This document shows, one piece after another, positions 46,715 to 57,492 of a stretch of 64,000 bases of DNA. Position 1 is the stretch's first letter; each line of letters starts with the position of its first letter. The position numbers and the translations under genes were made by a program. Under the pieces are notes generated by a model. That model was not told the origin of the DNA. It worked only from the letters and a program-made list of their open reading frames with translations, and did no database searches. Source of the DNA: Candidatus Hydrogenedentota bacterium (GTDB lineage Bacteria; Hydrogenedentota; Hydrogenedentia; Hydrogenedentales; SLHB01); contig CAXXTH010000017.1 in the NCBI GenBank assembly GCA_963668025.2, positions 1,376,001 through 1,440,000 on the forward strand, in the 5' to 3' direction.

Positions 46715-49255
46715 TTATTGTACGCCGTATTTCGTTAAGGCGAGCATTTCCTCGGGCGTACGGTCCGTCGTGGGCGTGTAGCCCGGCAGCGCCTTGATCT
46801 GCGTGTGGTACGCATCCAGGAACCATTCCGTTTGCGGATAGTAGAATTCTTCGAGTTCCGCTGGCGGCACGATCCAATTGCGTGCGCCTACGATGCAAGG
46901 CGGCGCATCCAGATAATCGAAGGCCATTTGCGAGATCCGTGAAGCCACCGTATGCAGGTAGCTCGCGACTTCACAAGCGTCGCTGGCCAGGATGAGCTTG
47001 CCCGTTTTCTTCACGGAATTTACCAGCTTCTCATAATCGAGCGGAGCCAGGCATTGGCCGTCAATCAGCTCGACCGAGATGCCGAATTCCTTCTCGAAGC
47101 GCTGGGCGGCTTCCCATGCGCGGTACAGCGTAGCGCCGAAGGTCACGATGGTGAGATCGCTGCCTTCTTTGATGATGGCCGGTTCGCCGATGGGCAAGGT
47201 GTAATATTCCGCCGGAACGCCGCCGGGATGGAGGATTTCGGTCTGGTCGTACAGCCGCTGGCTCTCGAAGAAGACCACCGGGTCGCTGCCGCGCAATGCC
47301 GTCGCCATGAGGCCCTTGGCGCTGTACGGCGTGGCCGGGAACACGACCTTGAGGCCCGGAACGTGGGCGCAAAGGGTCGTCCAGTCCTGCGAGTGCTGTG
47401 CGCCGTATTTGCTGCCGACGGATACGCGCAGCACCACCGGCATGCGGCAGTAGCCGCCCGACATGGCCTGCCACTTGGGCAATTGGTTGAACACTTCGTC
47501 GCCCGCGCGGCCCATGAAGTCGCAATACATCAGTTCGACGATGGGGCGCCCGCCCTCGAGGGCGAAACCGACGGACGAACCGACGATGGCCCCTTCGGAT
47601 ATGGGCGAATTAAACAAGCGGTGGTAAGGCAATGCTTCCGTCAGGCCGCGATAGACCGCGAACGCGCCGCCCCAATCGCGGTTTTCTTCACCATACGCCG
47701 CGATGCGCGAGTCATTGTAGAAGTGGTGGGCAATAGACTCGAAGATGGCGTCGCGGAAACTGACCGCTTTGCTTTCCTTGAGGGTTTTGCCTGCGCTGTC
47801 GAGGCCGCTGCGGGATTTTTTGGCGATTTGGACGACCCGGGGATTCTCCTCGAGGGGCATGCGCACGTCTTCTTTACGGGCCAGGCCGGGAAGCTCCTGG
47901 AGAGGCTCATTCGAGAACATGAACGTATCCAAAGTGATATGCGAACCAAGCTTCATGCGCGGCGAGGTGGTTTCATCCACGGCCAGCTTGCAGGCCTTCT
48001 TGACCTTTTCGGTGGCATAATCGCGCACGGCGGCCAATTCGTCCTCGGAACAGACGCCCGCATCCACCAATTTGCCCGCGAATTCCGTGAGCGGATCCAC
48101 CGCGCGCCATGCCTCGATCTCTTCGCGTTCGCGATAAGACGACTGGTCGCTGGGGGAATGGCCCGTCTGGCGGTAGCAGATGGTCTCGAGAAGAACCGGG
48201 CCACGGCGGTCGGCCAGGATGGCTTTCTTGCGCAGGTAGGCGTCCGCGAGGGCCAGCGGATTATTGCCGTCGACGCATTCGGCATGCATGTTTTCGGGAT
48301 TGATGGCGGCTCCACTGCGGGCCAGGCGCTCGAAGCCCATGGTCTCGCCGATAGGCTGGCCGCCCATGCCGTAGAAGTTGTTCATGAAGTTAAAGATAAT
48401 CGGCAGGCCGCCTTTGAAGGGCTCTTCCCATAAATTGCGGTATTGGGCCATGCCGGCGAACTGCATGCCTTCCCACACCGGGCCGCAGCCAATCGAGGCG
48501 TCGCCGATGTTGGCCACGACGATGCCGGGCTTTTGGAGGATTTTCTTGGCCAAAGCCGCGCCCGCGGCGATGTCGGAACTGCCGCCCACGATAGCATTGT
48601 TCGGGAAGACGCCAAAAGGCGTGAAGAACGCATGCATCGAGCCGCCCATGCCTTTGTTGAAGCCGGTCTCACGGCCGAAGACTTCCGCGAGCAAGCCATA
48701 AAGCAGGAAATCGATGCCCAGCTCCATTTCATCGGCATTTTCCGTGGCGGCCAATTTTTTCTTGCCATTCAAGGAAGCGGCCAAGGCATGCGGTGCGCCG
48801 CCTTGTTCGACAATTTTCAGAATGATGCCGTCGAAGTACGACTCCATGATGGGCATAAGGCCCGAGCCTTTGAGGCGCTGGATGGCGCTAAGTCCTTTGG
48901 CGATGATTTCACCGTGGCTGCGGTGGCTGCCAAAAATATGGTCTTCTACATCGAGATAGAAGCTTTCGCCTACAGCCGCGCCTTCCTGGCCGATGGAAAG
49001 GTGGGCGGGGCCTGCATGCTTGTAGGCAATGCCTTGATATTCGCCGAGGGTCTTAATTTGGTTCAACATGGTCTCGAATTCGCGAATAAGGACCATGTCG
49101 CGGTAAATGCGCAGGCAGGATTCAGGAGTGACATCAGGATTTTTCTTTAGCTCTTCCTTCAACGTCTTTTGGTATGCGTTGATGGAGATGCTGCCTAGCT
49201 CCAGTACTTCCATTTGGCGCACTTGCTCAGGGACTACCATCAGTTTCTTCGTCAT
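46715..49255 (-). CDS. Fused E1 alpha/beta TPP-dependent 2-oxoacid/acetoin dehydrogenase
   Basis: HLSIGQE, HRSHG, GGSMH, GDA...MNN TPP motif and YR..GHS..D; beta part PISE.AI, ELMY.DF, GAQHSQ. Confidence 0.9.
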   Translation of the reverse strand: MTKKLMVVPEQVRQMEVLELGSISINAYQKTLKEELKKNPDVTPESCLRIYRDMVLIREFETMLNQIKTLGEYQGIAYKHAGPAHLSIGQEGAAVGESFYLDVEDHIFGSHRSHGEIIAKGLSAIQRLKGSGLMPIMESYFDGIILKIVEQGGAPHALAASLNGKKKLAATENADEMELGIDFLLYGLLAEVFGRETGFNKGMGGSMHAFFTPFGVFPNNAIVGGSSDIAAGAALAKKILQKPGIVVANIGDASIGCGPVWEGMQFAGMAQYRNLWEEPFKGGLPIIFNFMNNFYGMGGQPIGETMGFERLARSGAAINPENMHAECVDGNNPLALADAYLRKKAILADRRGPVLLETICYRQTGHSPSDQSSYREREEIEAWRAVDPLTEFAGKLVDAGVCSEDELAAVRDYATEKVKKACKLAVDETTSPRMKLGSHITLDTFMFSNEPLQELPGLARKEDVRMPLEENPRVVQIAKKSRSGLDSAGKTLKESKAVSFRDAIFESIAHHFYNDSRIAAYGEENRDWGGAFAVYRGLTEALPYHRLFNSPISEGAIVGSSVGFALEGGRPIVELMYCDFMGRAGDEVFNQLPKWQAMSGGYCRMPVVLRVSVGSKYGAQHSQDWTTLCAHVPGLKVVFPATPYSAKGLMATALRGSDPVVFFESQRLYDQTEILHPGGVPAEYYTLPIGEPAIIKEGSDLTIVTFGATLYRAWEAAQRFEKEFGISVELIDGQCLAPLDYEKLVNSVKKTGKLILASDACEVASYLHTVASRISQMAFDYLDAPPCIVGARNWIVPPAELEEFYYPQTEWFLDAYHTQIKALPGYTPTTDRTPEEMLALTKYGVQ

Positions 49256-49472
49256 AATTCGGAACCTTTCAGTATGCTGCGGACGTATTTTTCCGTGCGC
49301 GGGTGTTGGGTGCGGAATCAGGCGCACTCGCCTACATAGTAAAAAAACCGTTAAAGTATACCAAAAGCATATCCTAAATGCGAATAGCTGTTTTTTTGAA
49401 GGAAGGAATATTCTATTCTAACATAGTGGAATCTAAATGCGGTAACACGAACACCATGGGGGAGCATATGTT

Positions 49473-50756
49473 ATGGAGCTTATAGGCGGACAATCAATTC
49501 TACGGGGCGATGTGGCCATTCCCGGTTCCAAATCCCACACCATACGCGCGGTGGCCATCGCCGCGCTGGCGGAGGGTGAAAGCCGCATTCAGCGCCCATT
49601 GCAGTCCGATGACGCCCAAGCCGCCGTGCGCGCCTACAGCGCGCTGGGGGCTGAGATGCACATACAAGAGAATGAATGGCGCGTGCAAGGAACAGGCGGC
49701 AGGCTCCAAGCCCCGGATAATGTCATTGATGTGGGAAATTCCGGCACCACCATGCGCATGGCCATGGGCTCGAGTGCGCTGCTTGAGCAGGGCATGGCGG
49801 TGCTTACCGGCGACGAGCAGGTGCGGCGGCGTCCGTGCGGCCCGCTTGCGGCGTCACTCAACGACTTAGGCGCGCGTGTGCGCACCACACGCGGCGGCGG
49901 AGTGCCTCCCTTTGTCATTGAAGGGCGCTTGCGGGGCGGCGAAACCGTTATCGAGGCAGTGACGAGCCAATATCTATCGAGTTTGTTGTTGAATGCCCCG
50001 CTTGCGGACCACGACAGCACCATTCATGTGAGCCTGCTGAATGAACGGCCCTATGTGGAGATGACCCTGGACTGGCTCCACCGCCAAGGCGTGCATATCG
50101 AGCGTGACGGCTGGACCAAATTCCATGTGCGGGGCGGGCAATCCTACGAGCCGGTGCGCCGGGCCATTCCCGCGGATTTCTCGTCGGCCACGTTTTTCCT
50201 CGCGGCGGGGGCGCTGCCGGGAAATGAGGTGTCGGTTCATGGGCTGGACATGGACGATGTGCAGGGCGACAAAGCCGTCGTGGAGTATCTGTGCGCCATG
50301 GGCGCGTCCATTGAAATCACGCCAAGCCCCGTGGGCGGGCATGTATTGCGTGTCCAAGGCGGCTGCCTGGAAGGCTGTGAGCTGGATCTCAATGCGACGC
50401 CGGATGCGCTGCCGATGATGGCGGTGCTGGCGTGTTTCGCACGGGGGGAAACACGGCTGCTCAACGTGCCGCAAGCGCGGCTCAAGGAGACGGACCGCAT
50501 CGCCGTGATGCGCCAAGAACTCGAACGCATGGGCGCGCGTGTCCAAGAATTGCCCGACGGGTTGGTGATCGAGGAAAGCGCCCTTCACGCCGCCAGGGTC
50601 GAGGGCCATGGGGATCACCGTGTCGTCATGGCGCTGGCTGTTGGGGCCATGGCCATACCGGGCGAGACCATTATCCACGGCGCGGAAGCGGTGTCGGTTA
50701 CGTATCCGGAATTTGTGAAGACGCTGGCGTCATTGGGCGCTCACGTTCAAATGTAA
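49473..50756 (+). CDS. aroA: 3-phosphoshikimate 1-carboxyvinyltransferase
   Basis: PGSKS, GNSGTT.R, SQY.S, D.SSA, R.KETDRI, DHR..MA. Confidence 0.97.
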   Translation: MELIGGQSILRGDVAIPGSKSHTIRAVAIAALAEGESRIQRPLQSDDAQAAVRAYSALGAEMHIQENEWRVQGTGGRLQAPDNVIDVGNSGTTMRMAMGSSALLEQGMAVLTGDEQVRRRPCGPLAASLNDLGARVRTTRGGGVPPFVIEGRLRGGETVIEAVTSQYLSSLLLNAPLADHDSTIHVSLLNERPYVEMTLDWLHRQGVHIERDGWTKFHVRGGQSYEPVRRAIPADFSSATFFLAAGALPGNEVSVHGLDMDDVQGDKAVVEYLCAMGASIEITPSPVGGHVLRVQGGCLEGCELDLNATPDALPMMAVLACFARGETRLLNVPQARLKETDRIAVMRQELERMGARVQELPDGLVIEESALHAARVEGHGDHRVVMALAVGAMAIPGETIIHGAEAVSVTYPEFVKTLASLGAHVQM

Positions 50757-50764
50757 ACGCAATT

Positions 50765-51263
50765 CTAGTGTGTTAATTCGACCTGATGGCAACTTGCCCT
50801 GATCTGAGAAACGCGTTTACGTTCACGCACCGCCTCTTTGACCTGCGTATAGCCCCCCGTGTATCCCTCCTCACGAAGGCGCTCGAAAATGCGTTTAGCT
50901 GTGTGGCGTTGCTTCTTCGGCCGTTCTTTATCCGACTGTAGAATGGCCAATATAAACTCCAGATACGGGCCTATCTTGGGTTGCGGACGCTCCGGACACT
51001 GGAACTCCGGCGGGGTAGAATGCTCAAGAATCTTCTTAACCGTCTCGAAATGCAGCTCCGTTTCCCGCTGAATCTGCCGGATACTCACACCTTCGCGAAG
51101 CACCCGCTGACGAATCTCACACCACTTTTCCATATCCCGATACACTCCTTAGTCCCTCCCAGAAAAACCAAGGCCCAATGCCTCGGACTCCAAGGAGTCT
51201 ACCAAGGGTGCTTCATTTCTCCACCGCCCCATCCCCCACTACACTTCTCGACCGGCGTTTACA
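50765..51263 (-). mobile_element. istA: Truncated IS21-family element (left end plus 5' istA fragment)
   Basis: S.RQI.R.....TV.K.L, PKKQRHTAKRIFERL..EGY.GGY..V; homology stops after about 115 aa; TG-initiated end TGTAAACGCCGG at 51263. Confidence 0.85.
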
Positions 51264-51414
51264 GCGCTTCCTTGACTCAAGACAATGTGCCACTTTCTGT
51301 GTCATTTTTTGGTAGACATGGACCTCTTTGTTGATGCGGAAGCGTCAATTCATATGGGAGTTTCCGAACGGTTCGCGCATCAGCGGCGTCAGTCCGCTGT
51401 ATGCGCTGGCTAGG

Positions 51415-52497
51415 TCAATCCTTTTGGTACTCAAGCACTTGTTTTCCCACGCCGACCAGCAGAAGTTCACTGTCGGTACGCTGAGGGTGAGGGATTACCG
51501 CGAGCGTTTTTACCCGTCCAGTGAATACTTCCTCGTGCACTATCTTTCCATCTTCGGTAAAAATATACAGATAGCCATTTTCGTAAGCGTAAGCAACTTG
51601 GTTCGCGGCGGCGTAATAGAGGATCCCGCCAAACCTCACCGGTTGAACGGCCACGGTGTAGCCCTTTCCTCGCGGCAGCCGCAGCCTGGAAACTTCGTTC
51701 CCAAGCGTGTCGAACAGACGGAGAGAGCGACCTTTGGTGCCGACAATAAGGGCACCATCGGGGTGCTGTCTCCACAGCAATTGGTCAAGATGCCCGGCAC
51801 GAAATCGGAATCGGCGAATCAGTGTGCCTTCACTGTCACGAATGACGATATGCTGACCATCAATGTGCACAACCTCGGGTTTGCCATCGGCATCCAGGTC
51901 TAAAACCTCTACGCAAAACACATTGCCGGCTTCGTGCCACCACTTGATGGAGCGGTCCTTATTTAGTGCGTAAACTCCCCCGTCGCCATTCATTCCTACC
52001 ACGAAATCTAGGATTCCGTCGCCGTCCAAATCCCCCGCCGCCATTTGGTCGGCGGCGTTCTGGCCTTCGTCTGGAAAGCTCCAAAACGATCGTCCCTCGG
52101 AGGAAATGAGTTGTACGGCAGACCAGCCTCCACCGCGGTCCATGAACTCGAACACATCATCGCCATCGAGATCGACAGGAACTGTCGTTGCGAGTCTGGT
52201 GCCGATGAATGGCACAACGGTTTTCTGTGTGTAATTGTGGGTGAGGAATGCGGCTCCCTGGCTTCCTCCGACCGCAAGGATTGGAACTCCCTGCAGGAAT
52301 ATCCTGGTGATAGCATTGACATTTCCCAACGATGGATTAGAGTACACTACCCGGCGTTTAATGCCTGGCTCCGTATAGCTGATGCCCGGCTCCTTCGCGA
52401 CCTGGCTAATGCAACCGGTCATAAAACAAAGAAGCAAGGCCGTTAGTGAAGCCGCTTTCCTGCGGGACCTCTTCATGGCACTCGACTTACTCATCAT
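51415..52497 (-). CDS. Lipoprotein with FG-GAP/VCBS repeats (start uncertain)
   Basis: Lipobox MTGC; DLDGDDVFE, GDLDGDGILD and DLDADGKPE repeats. Confidence 0.75.
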   Translation of the reverse strand: MMSKSSAMKRSRRKAASLTALLLCFMTGCISQVAKEPGISYTEPGIKRRVVYSNPSLGNVNAITRIFLQGVPILAVGGSQGAAFLTHNYTQKTVVPFIGTRLATTVPVDLDGDDVFEFMDRGGGWSAVQLISSEGRSFWSFPDEGQNAADQMAAGDLDGDGILDFVVGMNGDGGVYALNKDRSIKWWHEAGNVFCVEVLDLDADGKPEVVHIDGQHIVIRDSEGTLIRRFRFRAGHLDQLLWRQHPDGALIVGTKGRSLRLFDTLGNEVSRLRLPRGKGYTVAVQPVRFGGILYYAAANQVAYAYENGYLYIFTEDGKIVHEEVFTGRVKTLAVIPHPQRTDSELLLVGVGKQVLEYQKD

Positions 52498-52734
52498 GAT
52501 GGCTGGCCAATTGCAATACAGCCTCGTCCTCATTGACAAGAACCGAAGCGTACCCGCTATATCGATAATCATTATATTTGACCCCTCCCTCATGGACTTG
52601 CTCTCGGCAACTTCGCCCCAGACCTATGAGCCTCCCCCCATCTTTCGACAGGATCGGGTGATGATTAAGGTGTGCTATTTCAGATGAATTAGGTTTGTTA
52701 AGCAGTGGTAGTTTACGGAGCGTTTGCGCGTCGT

Positions 52735-53319
52735 TCAACTAAGTGACGGGACTGTGTTATGGTGGTTGCGGCCTGAGGCGGAGGATAGGGCGACGCCGGG
52801 GCCGATATCTTGCTGCTGGCCGCGCGTGGGAAGCACGAATCCACGTTCCTTGAGCATCTTGATGTCGCGGCGGATCGTGCGCGGGTCGCACATCAGGATT
52901 TCCGACAAGTCCTCCTGCGTCAACAGCCCGCCCTGCTCCCGGGCTTCGTCCACCATCCGGACAATCCGGCGTTGGCGCACCTCGGCGCTCATGCCGCCTG
53001 CATCCCCGAAGCCCATGAGCCCCTGTTTATCCTCGGCGTGCAACAGCGTCAGGGTTACGGAGACCTTCTGGCATTCCGAAAGCGGCTTGCCCGGCCCCTC
53101 GTCGCTCCGCACGCAATTATACCGCATCTGGCCGTCGCGCGCCGGGGCCAGTTCCGGGTCCGAGAAATACACCTCCTCGATGCTGCTGACCAGCGCTTCC
53201 GCTTCCCATTTCGATAATCCCGCGCCCACCATCGCCTCGGTGAGCATGCGGGCGCTTTGCCGTTTCATCGCCATCCGTTGGGATTGCGCTTCCCGGCTGC
53301 TCGTGCTACGCTTATCCAT
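52735..53319 (-). pseudogene. DUF1670-family protein, probably C-terminally truncated
   Basis: G.PL..C..V.V.L, EA..QGGLLTQEDL..IL.....TIRRDI, PTRG...DIGPG; ends shortly after this motif; AGGAGG RBS. Confidence 0.65.
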
Positions 53320-53488
53320 GGCATTGCCTCCTGTGGGTTGAGCACTACGGAACACAATGCCACGGCGGGTCTCCTAGATGGAAACCCGCCTCTTCTCTCC
53401 TTCAACGGACATTTGCCCGAAACGTAGGATAAGTTGCTTTAATGATGATTCACTACACTAGCGCATCAACGAGGCTGGCCGTTAGTGG

Positions 53489-54649
53489 TCAGCCTCCGCC
53501 GATGGACTTCTTGAGGCGTTCGATGAAGCGTTTGTGCAGAGGATAGGTCTGCTCGGAGCTGAGTTCTTGGAACTTCTCGATGAGTTCCCGCTGTTCTTTG
53601 CCCAGCTTCGAGGGCGTTTCGACGCTAACCCGCACAATTTGGTCGCCTTTGTGGTATCCGTGGATATCCGGCATGCCCATGCCTCGAAGGCGGAAGGGCG
53701 TGCCGGGCTGTGTGCCAGGCGGAATTCTAAGTTCGGCTTCGCCGGACAGCGTGGGGACGCGGATTTTATCGCCCAAAATGGCTTGCGGGAAACTGATCGG
53801 TATTTCGCAGATCACATCATTGCCATCGCGCGTGAATATTTCATCCTCTTCCACTTCCACGAGGACATAGAGGTCGCCGCGCGGCCCATTGCCTTCTCCG
53901 GCCTCGCCTTCGCCCTGATAACGGACGCGCTGGCCAGAGCTGATGCCGGCGGGCAGATCGACTTTTATTTTCCGGTCTAGTGCAATGCGCCCCGCGCCCG
54001 AACAGGCTTTACAGGGATCGAGAATGATGCGGCCTTGGCCCTTGCAGCGCGGGCAGGTCTGGGTAATGCTGAAAAAACCTTGCGCGCGCCGGACCTGGCC
54101 CGTGCCCTGGCAATCCGCACATGTCGCGGGCTGGCTGCCTTTCGCGGCCCCCGTGCCGTTACAATCGCCGCATTGCTCGTAGCGTTTGAATTGGATGGTG
54201 CGCTTCGCGCCCGTGGCGGCTTCGCGCAAGCTGATGGACAAGCGGTATTCCAGGTCGCTTCCCGGACGGGAGCCGCGCCTGCGCCCGGTGCGCTGGCCGC
54301 CGCTTGCCCCGCTACGCCCGAACAACACATCGAAGAAATCGTCAAAGGGCGCATCGAAGCCCCCTTGGCCGCCCGCGCTGAATCCGCCGAATCCGCCGCC
54401 GAATCCGCCGCCGCCCATGCCGCCCATGCCTTCTGTACCGCCATAGGCATCGTATTGCTGGCGTTTCTGGGGATTTTTCAGCGTGTCATAAGCCGCATTG
54501 ATCTCCTTAAGCTTCTCCTCCGCCGCCTTATCGCCACCGGTTTTATCGGGGTGGTATTTATGGGCGAGCTTGAGGTAAGCCTTCCGAACATCATCTTGCG
54601 AGGCGCTTTTATCTACGCCGAGAATGTCATAATAATCACGTTTGGCCAT
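53489..54649 (-). CDS. dnaJ: Chaperone DnaJ
   Basis: HPD J-domain, G/F-rich region, four CxxCxGxG repeats. Confidence 0.98.
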   Translation of the reverse strand: MAKRDYYDILGVDKSASQDDVRKAYLKLAHKYHPDKTGGDKAAEEKLKEINAAYDTLKNPQKRQQYDAYGGTEGMGGMGGGGFGGGFGGFSAGGQGGFDAPFDDFFDVLFGRSGASGGQRTGRRRGSRPGSDLEYRLSISLREAATGAKRTIQFKRYEQCGDCNGTGAAKGSQPATCADCQGTGQVRRAQGFFSITQTCPRCKGQGRIILDPCKACSGAGRIALDRKIKVDLPAGISSGQRVRYQGEGEAGEGNGPRGDLYVLVEVEEDEIFTRDGNDVICEIPISFPQAILGDKIRVPTLSGEAELRIPPGTQPGTPFRLRGMGMPDIHGYHKGDQIVRVSVETPSKLGKEQRELIEKFQELSSEQTYPLHKRFIERLKKSIGGG

Positions 54650-54663
54650 ATTGCTCGATGGTA

Positions 54664-54699
54664 TGCAAGGCGCGCGTCCTCGAGGACGCGCGCCTTGCA
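54664..54699. repeat. Perfect 36-bp palindrome between dnaK and dnaJ
   Basis: TGCAAGGCGCGCGTCCTC|GAGGACGCGCGCCTTGCA. Confidence 0.85.
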
Positions 54700-54746
54700 G
54701 CCTTTCCTATTCAGCGAATGCTTCACGCCGCAAGGCGTTTGCCTCG

Positions 54747-56681
54747 CTATTTCTTTTCCTTGTCATCGTCGTCCACGACAGTGAAATCAGCATCCACCGT
54801 ATCGCCGCTCTTCATGCCGGGCTCTTCCGCTGGGCCGCCCGCCGCCGCGCCGCCGCTTGCCGGGTTTTGGCCTTGCGCTTCGCTTGCCGCGCGATACAGG
54901 GCCTCGGCGAGTTTGTGGGCAGATTGCGTCAAATGCTCCGTGGCACGTTCGATGGCGGCTGTATCGCTGCCTTCGAGCGCCTTGCGAAGCTCCGCCATGG
55001 CCGATTCAATGGCCGACTTATCTTCCGAGCTGATTTTATCGCCATTTTCTTTAAGGGTTTTCTCGGTGCCATACAGCAGCGAATCCGCATTATTGCGCAC
55101 CTCGATGGATTTTTTCTTATCCGCATCATCTTTGGCGTGGGATTCGCCTTCGTTCACCATGCGTTTGATCTCGTCTTCGTTCAAACCGCTGGAGGATTCG
55201 ATGCGGATTTTCTGTTCTTTGCCCGTGGCGAGGTCTTTCGCCGCCACATGCAGGATGCCGTCCGCGTCGATGTCGAAAGCGACTTCGATTTGCGGGATGC
55301 CGCGCGGCGCGGGTGGAATGCCCAACAGGTCGAAGCGCCCCAGCGTGCGGTTATCAGCGGCCAGTTCGCGTTCGCCCTGCAACACATGGATGGTCACGGC
55401 GGTCTGGCTGTCGGCGGCGGTCGAGAAGATCTGCCGCTTCGTCACGGGGATGGTGGTGTTGCGCTCGATTAGCTTCGTGCAAATGCCGCCTAATGTCTCG
55501 ATGCCCAGCGACAGCGGCGTCACGTCGAGCAGCAATACTTCCTTCACTTCGCCCGCGAGGACGCCCGCCTGGATGGCGGCTCCTATGGCCACCACTTCAT
55601 CCGGATTCACACCACGATGGGGCTCTTTTCCGAAAATGCTTTTTACAATAGCGCCCACGGCGGGCATGCGGGTCATGCCGCCCACGAGGATGACTTCATC
55701 GATATCCGATGCGCGCAGGCCCGCGTCTTCAATGGCGCGGAAGCAGGGATTCTTCGTGCGCTGCAGCAGTTCATCGCACAATTGTTCGAGTTTCGCGCGC
55801 GTCATTGTGTAGTTGAGGTGTTTTGGCCCCGCCGCGTCCGCCGTGATGAACGGCAGGTTTACATCGGTCTGCATGGTGGACGACAATTCGCACTTGGCTT
55901 TTTCACCGGCCTCTTTGAGGCGCTGGAGGGCCATCGGGTCTTTGCGCAGATCGATGCCTTGGTCCTTCAGGAATTCATCGGCCAGCCAATCGATGATGCG
56001 TTGATCGAAGTCATCGCCGCCCAAATGGGTGTCGCCGTTGGTGCTCATGACTTCGAAGCTGCCATCGCCGATAGCGAGAACGGAGACATCGAATGTGCCG
56101 CCGCCCAAGTCGTAGACGGCCACTTTTTCATTCTTTTTCTTGTCAAGGCCATAGGCCAATGCGGCCGCAGTGGGCTCGTTGATGATGCGGAGCACTTCAA
56201 GGCCCGCGATGCGGCCCGCGTCTTTAGTGGCCTGGCGCTGGGAGTCGTTAAAGTATGCCGGCACCGTGATAACCGCCTGGGTGACCGTTTCTCCCAGGTA
56301 GGTCTCCGCCGTTTCCTTCATTTTCCGCAGGATCATGGCCGAGATCTCGGGGGGCCTATGGGTTTTCCCTTGCACTTCGACTTGGCAGTCGCCCGATGAG
56401 GCGGAACTCACCGTGTAGGGAACCAGTTTTTCCTCGGTGGATACTTCACCGTGGCGGCGTCCCATGAATCGCTTGATGGAAAACACCGTGTTTTTGGGGT
56501 TGGTGATGGCCTGGCGTTTGGCCACCGCGCCTACCAGGCGCTCCCCATCTTTTGTAAACGCCACGACCGATGGCGTTGTGCGGTTGCCTTCCGCGTTCGC
56601 GATCACCGTGGGCTCGCCGCCCTCCATGACCGCCACGCAGGAGTTAGTCGTTCCCAGGTCGATGCCAATCACTTTACCCAT
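54747..56681 (-). CDS. dnaK: Chaperone DnaK
   Basis: [34 protein letters not shown]. Confidence 0.99.
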   Translation of the reverse strand: MGKVIGIDLGTTNSCVAVMEGGEPTVIANAEGNRTTPSVVAFTKDGERLVGAVAKRQAITNPKNTVFSIKRFMGRRHGEVSTEEKLVPYTVSSASSGDCQVEVQGKTHRPPEISAMILRKMKETAETYLGETVTQAVITVPAYFNDSQRQATKDAGRIAGLEVLRIINEPTAAALAYGLDKKKNEKVAVYDLGGGTFDVSVLAIGDGSFEVMSTNGDTHLGGDDFDQRIIDWLADEFLKDQGIDLRKDPMALQRLKEAGEKAKCELSSTMQTDVNLPFITADAAGPKHLNYTMTRAKLEQLCDELLQRTKNPCFRAIEDAGLRASDIDEVILVGGMTRMPAVGAIVKSIFGKEPHRGVNPDEVVAIGAAIQAGVLAGEVKEVLLLDVTPLSLGIETLGGICTKLIERNTTIPVTKRQIFSTAADSQTAVTIHVLQGERELAADNRTLGRFDLLGIPPAPRGIPQIEVAFDIDADGILHVAAKDLATGKEQKIRIESSSGLNEDEIKRMVNEGESHAKDDADKKKSIEVRNNADSLLYGTEKTLKENGDKISSEDKSAIESAMAELRKALEGSDTAAIERATEHLTQSAHKLAEALYRAASEAQGQNPASGGAAAGGPAEEPGMKSGDTVDADFTVVDDDDKEKK

Positions 56682-56748
56682 TGTCGTTTATCCTCCATGC
56701 ATATCATTTGCACTGATTTGAACGCTATCGCGTGCCGTAGGCGCTTTG

Positions 56749-57447
56749 TTAAGCGGGCGGCTCCGCGGAATCCGCTGGTGTGCTCTCCCCTTCGGGCTGA
56801 TCCGCAAAAGGGGCAAAATCGATGATGTTATCTTCTTTAGGTTCTGGCGCTTTAGCATCTGGGCCGCCTGTGCTCACGATGACTTTCGCGGGACGGAGCA
56901 CTTGCCCGCCCAAGGTGAATCCCTTTTGGAATTCTTCGACCACCGTATGCGCCGGTTTATCTGGCTCTTCGCGCTGCATCAGGGCTTCATGCACATGGGG
57001 ATCAAACGGCAGCCCCAGCGCGGGGATGATCTCGAGTCCATAACGCCCAAGGGTGTCATAGAATTGTTTCAATACCATGCCGACGCCTTCGGCCAGGCCG
57101 CCCGAGGAATCACCCGCGTGCTGCATGGCCAATTCCAGGTGGTCGGCCACGGGCAGCAATTCGCTGATAAGGCCCTCGGCAGCCATGCGCCGGATCCGTT
57201 CGACATCGCGCGCCGTACGCTTGCGGTAGTTGTCGAATTCCGCGCGCATGCGCAAGAGCTGATCTTTAAGCTGATCCCGTTCGGCAGTCAACGCCTCGAT
57301 GGTTTCACGGGCTGAAGCCGCTTGGGCATCAGATTCCGCCGGGGCGGGCTCTGCCTGCTTTTCGGTTTGGTCGGCGGCTTCCGCCGCCGCTTCCGCTTCC
57401 AGCCGTTTCTCTAGTTCGCTTTTTTCGATAGGAATTTTCTTGCTCAT
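56749..57447 (-). CDS. grpE: Nucleotide exchange factor GrpE
   Basis: R..AEFDNYRKR, LLPV.D.L, FDP..HEA, KG......LRPA.V. Confidence 0.97.
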   Translation of the reverse strand: MSKKIPIEKSELEKRLEAEAAAEAADQTEKQAEPAPAESDAQAASARETIEALTAERDQLKDQLLRMRAEFDNYRKRTARDVERIRRMAAEGLISELLPVADHLELAMQHAGDSSGGLAEGVGMVLKQFYDTLGRYGLEIIPALGLPFDPHVHEALMQREEPDKPAHTVVEEFQKGFTLGGQVLRPAKVIVSTGGPDAKAPEPKEDNIIDFAPFADQPEGESTPADSAEPPA

Positions 57448-57492
57448 ATGCCGCAACTATTTCACTTTCTTCCCACCGCCAGTGTATGCGCC

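Noticed and set aside
46952-48433. 493-aa plus-strand ORF opposite the dehydrogenase, and similar ORFs opposite acr3, ruvB, dnaE and pilT
   Set aside because: Each overlaps a well-supported gene on the other strand.
54642-56399. Long plus-strand ORFs opposite dnaK
   Set aside because: Antisense shadow ORFs caused by GC-rich codon bias; no motifs or RBS.
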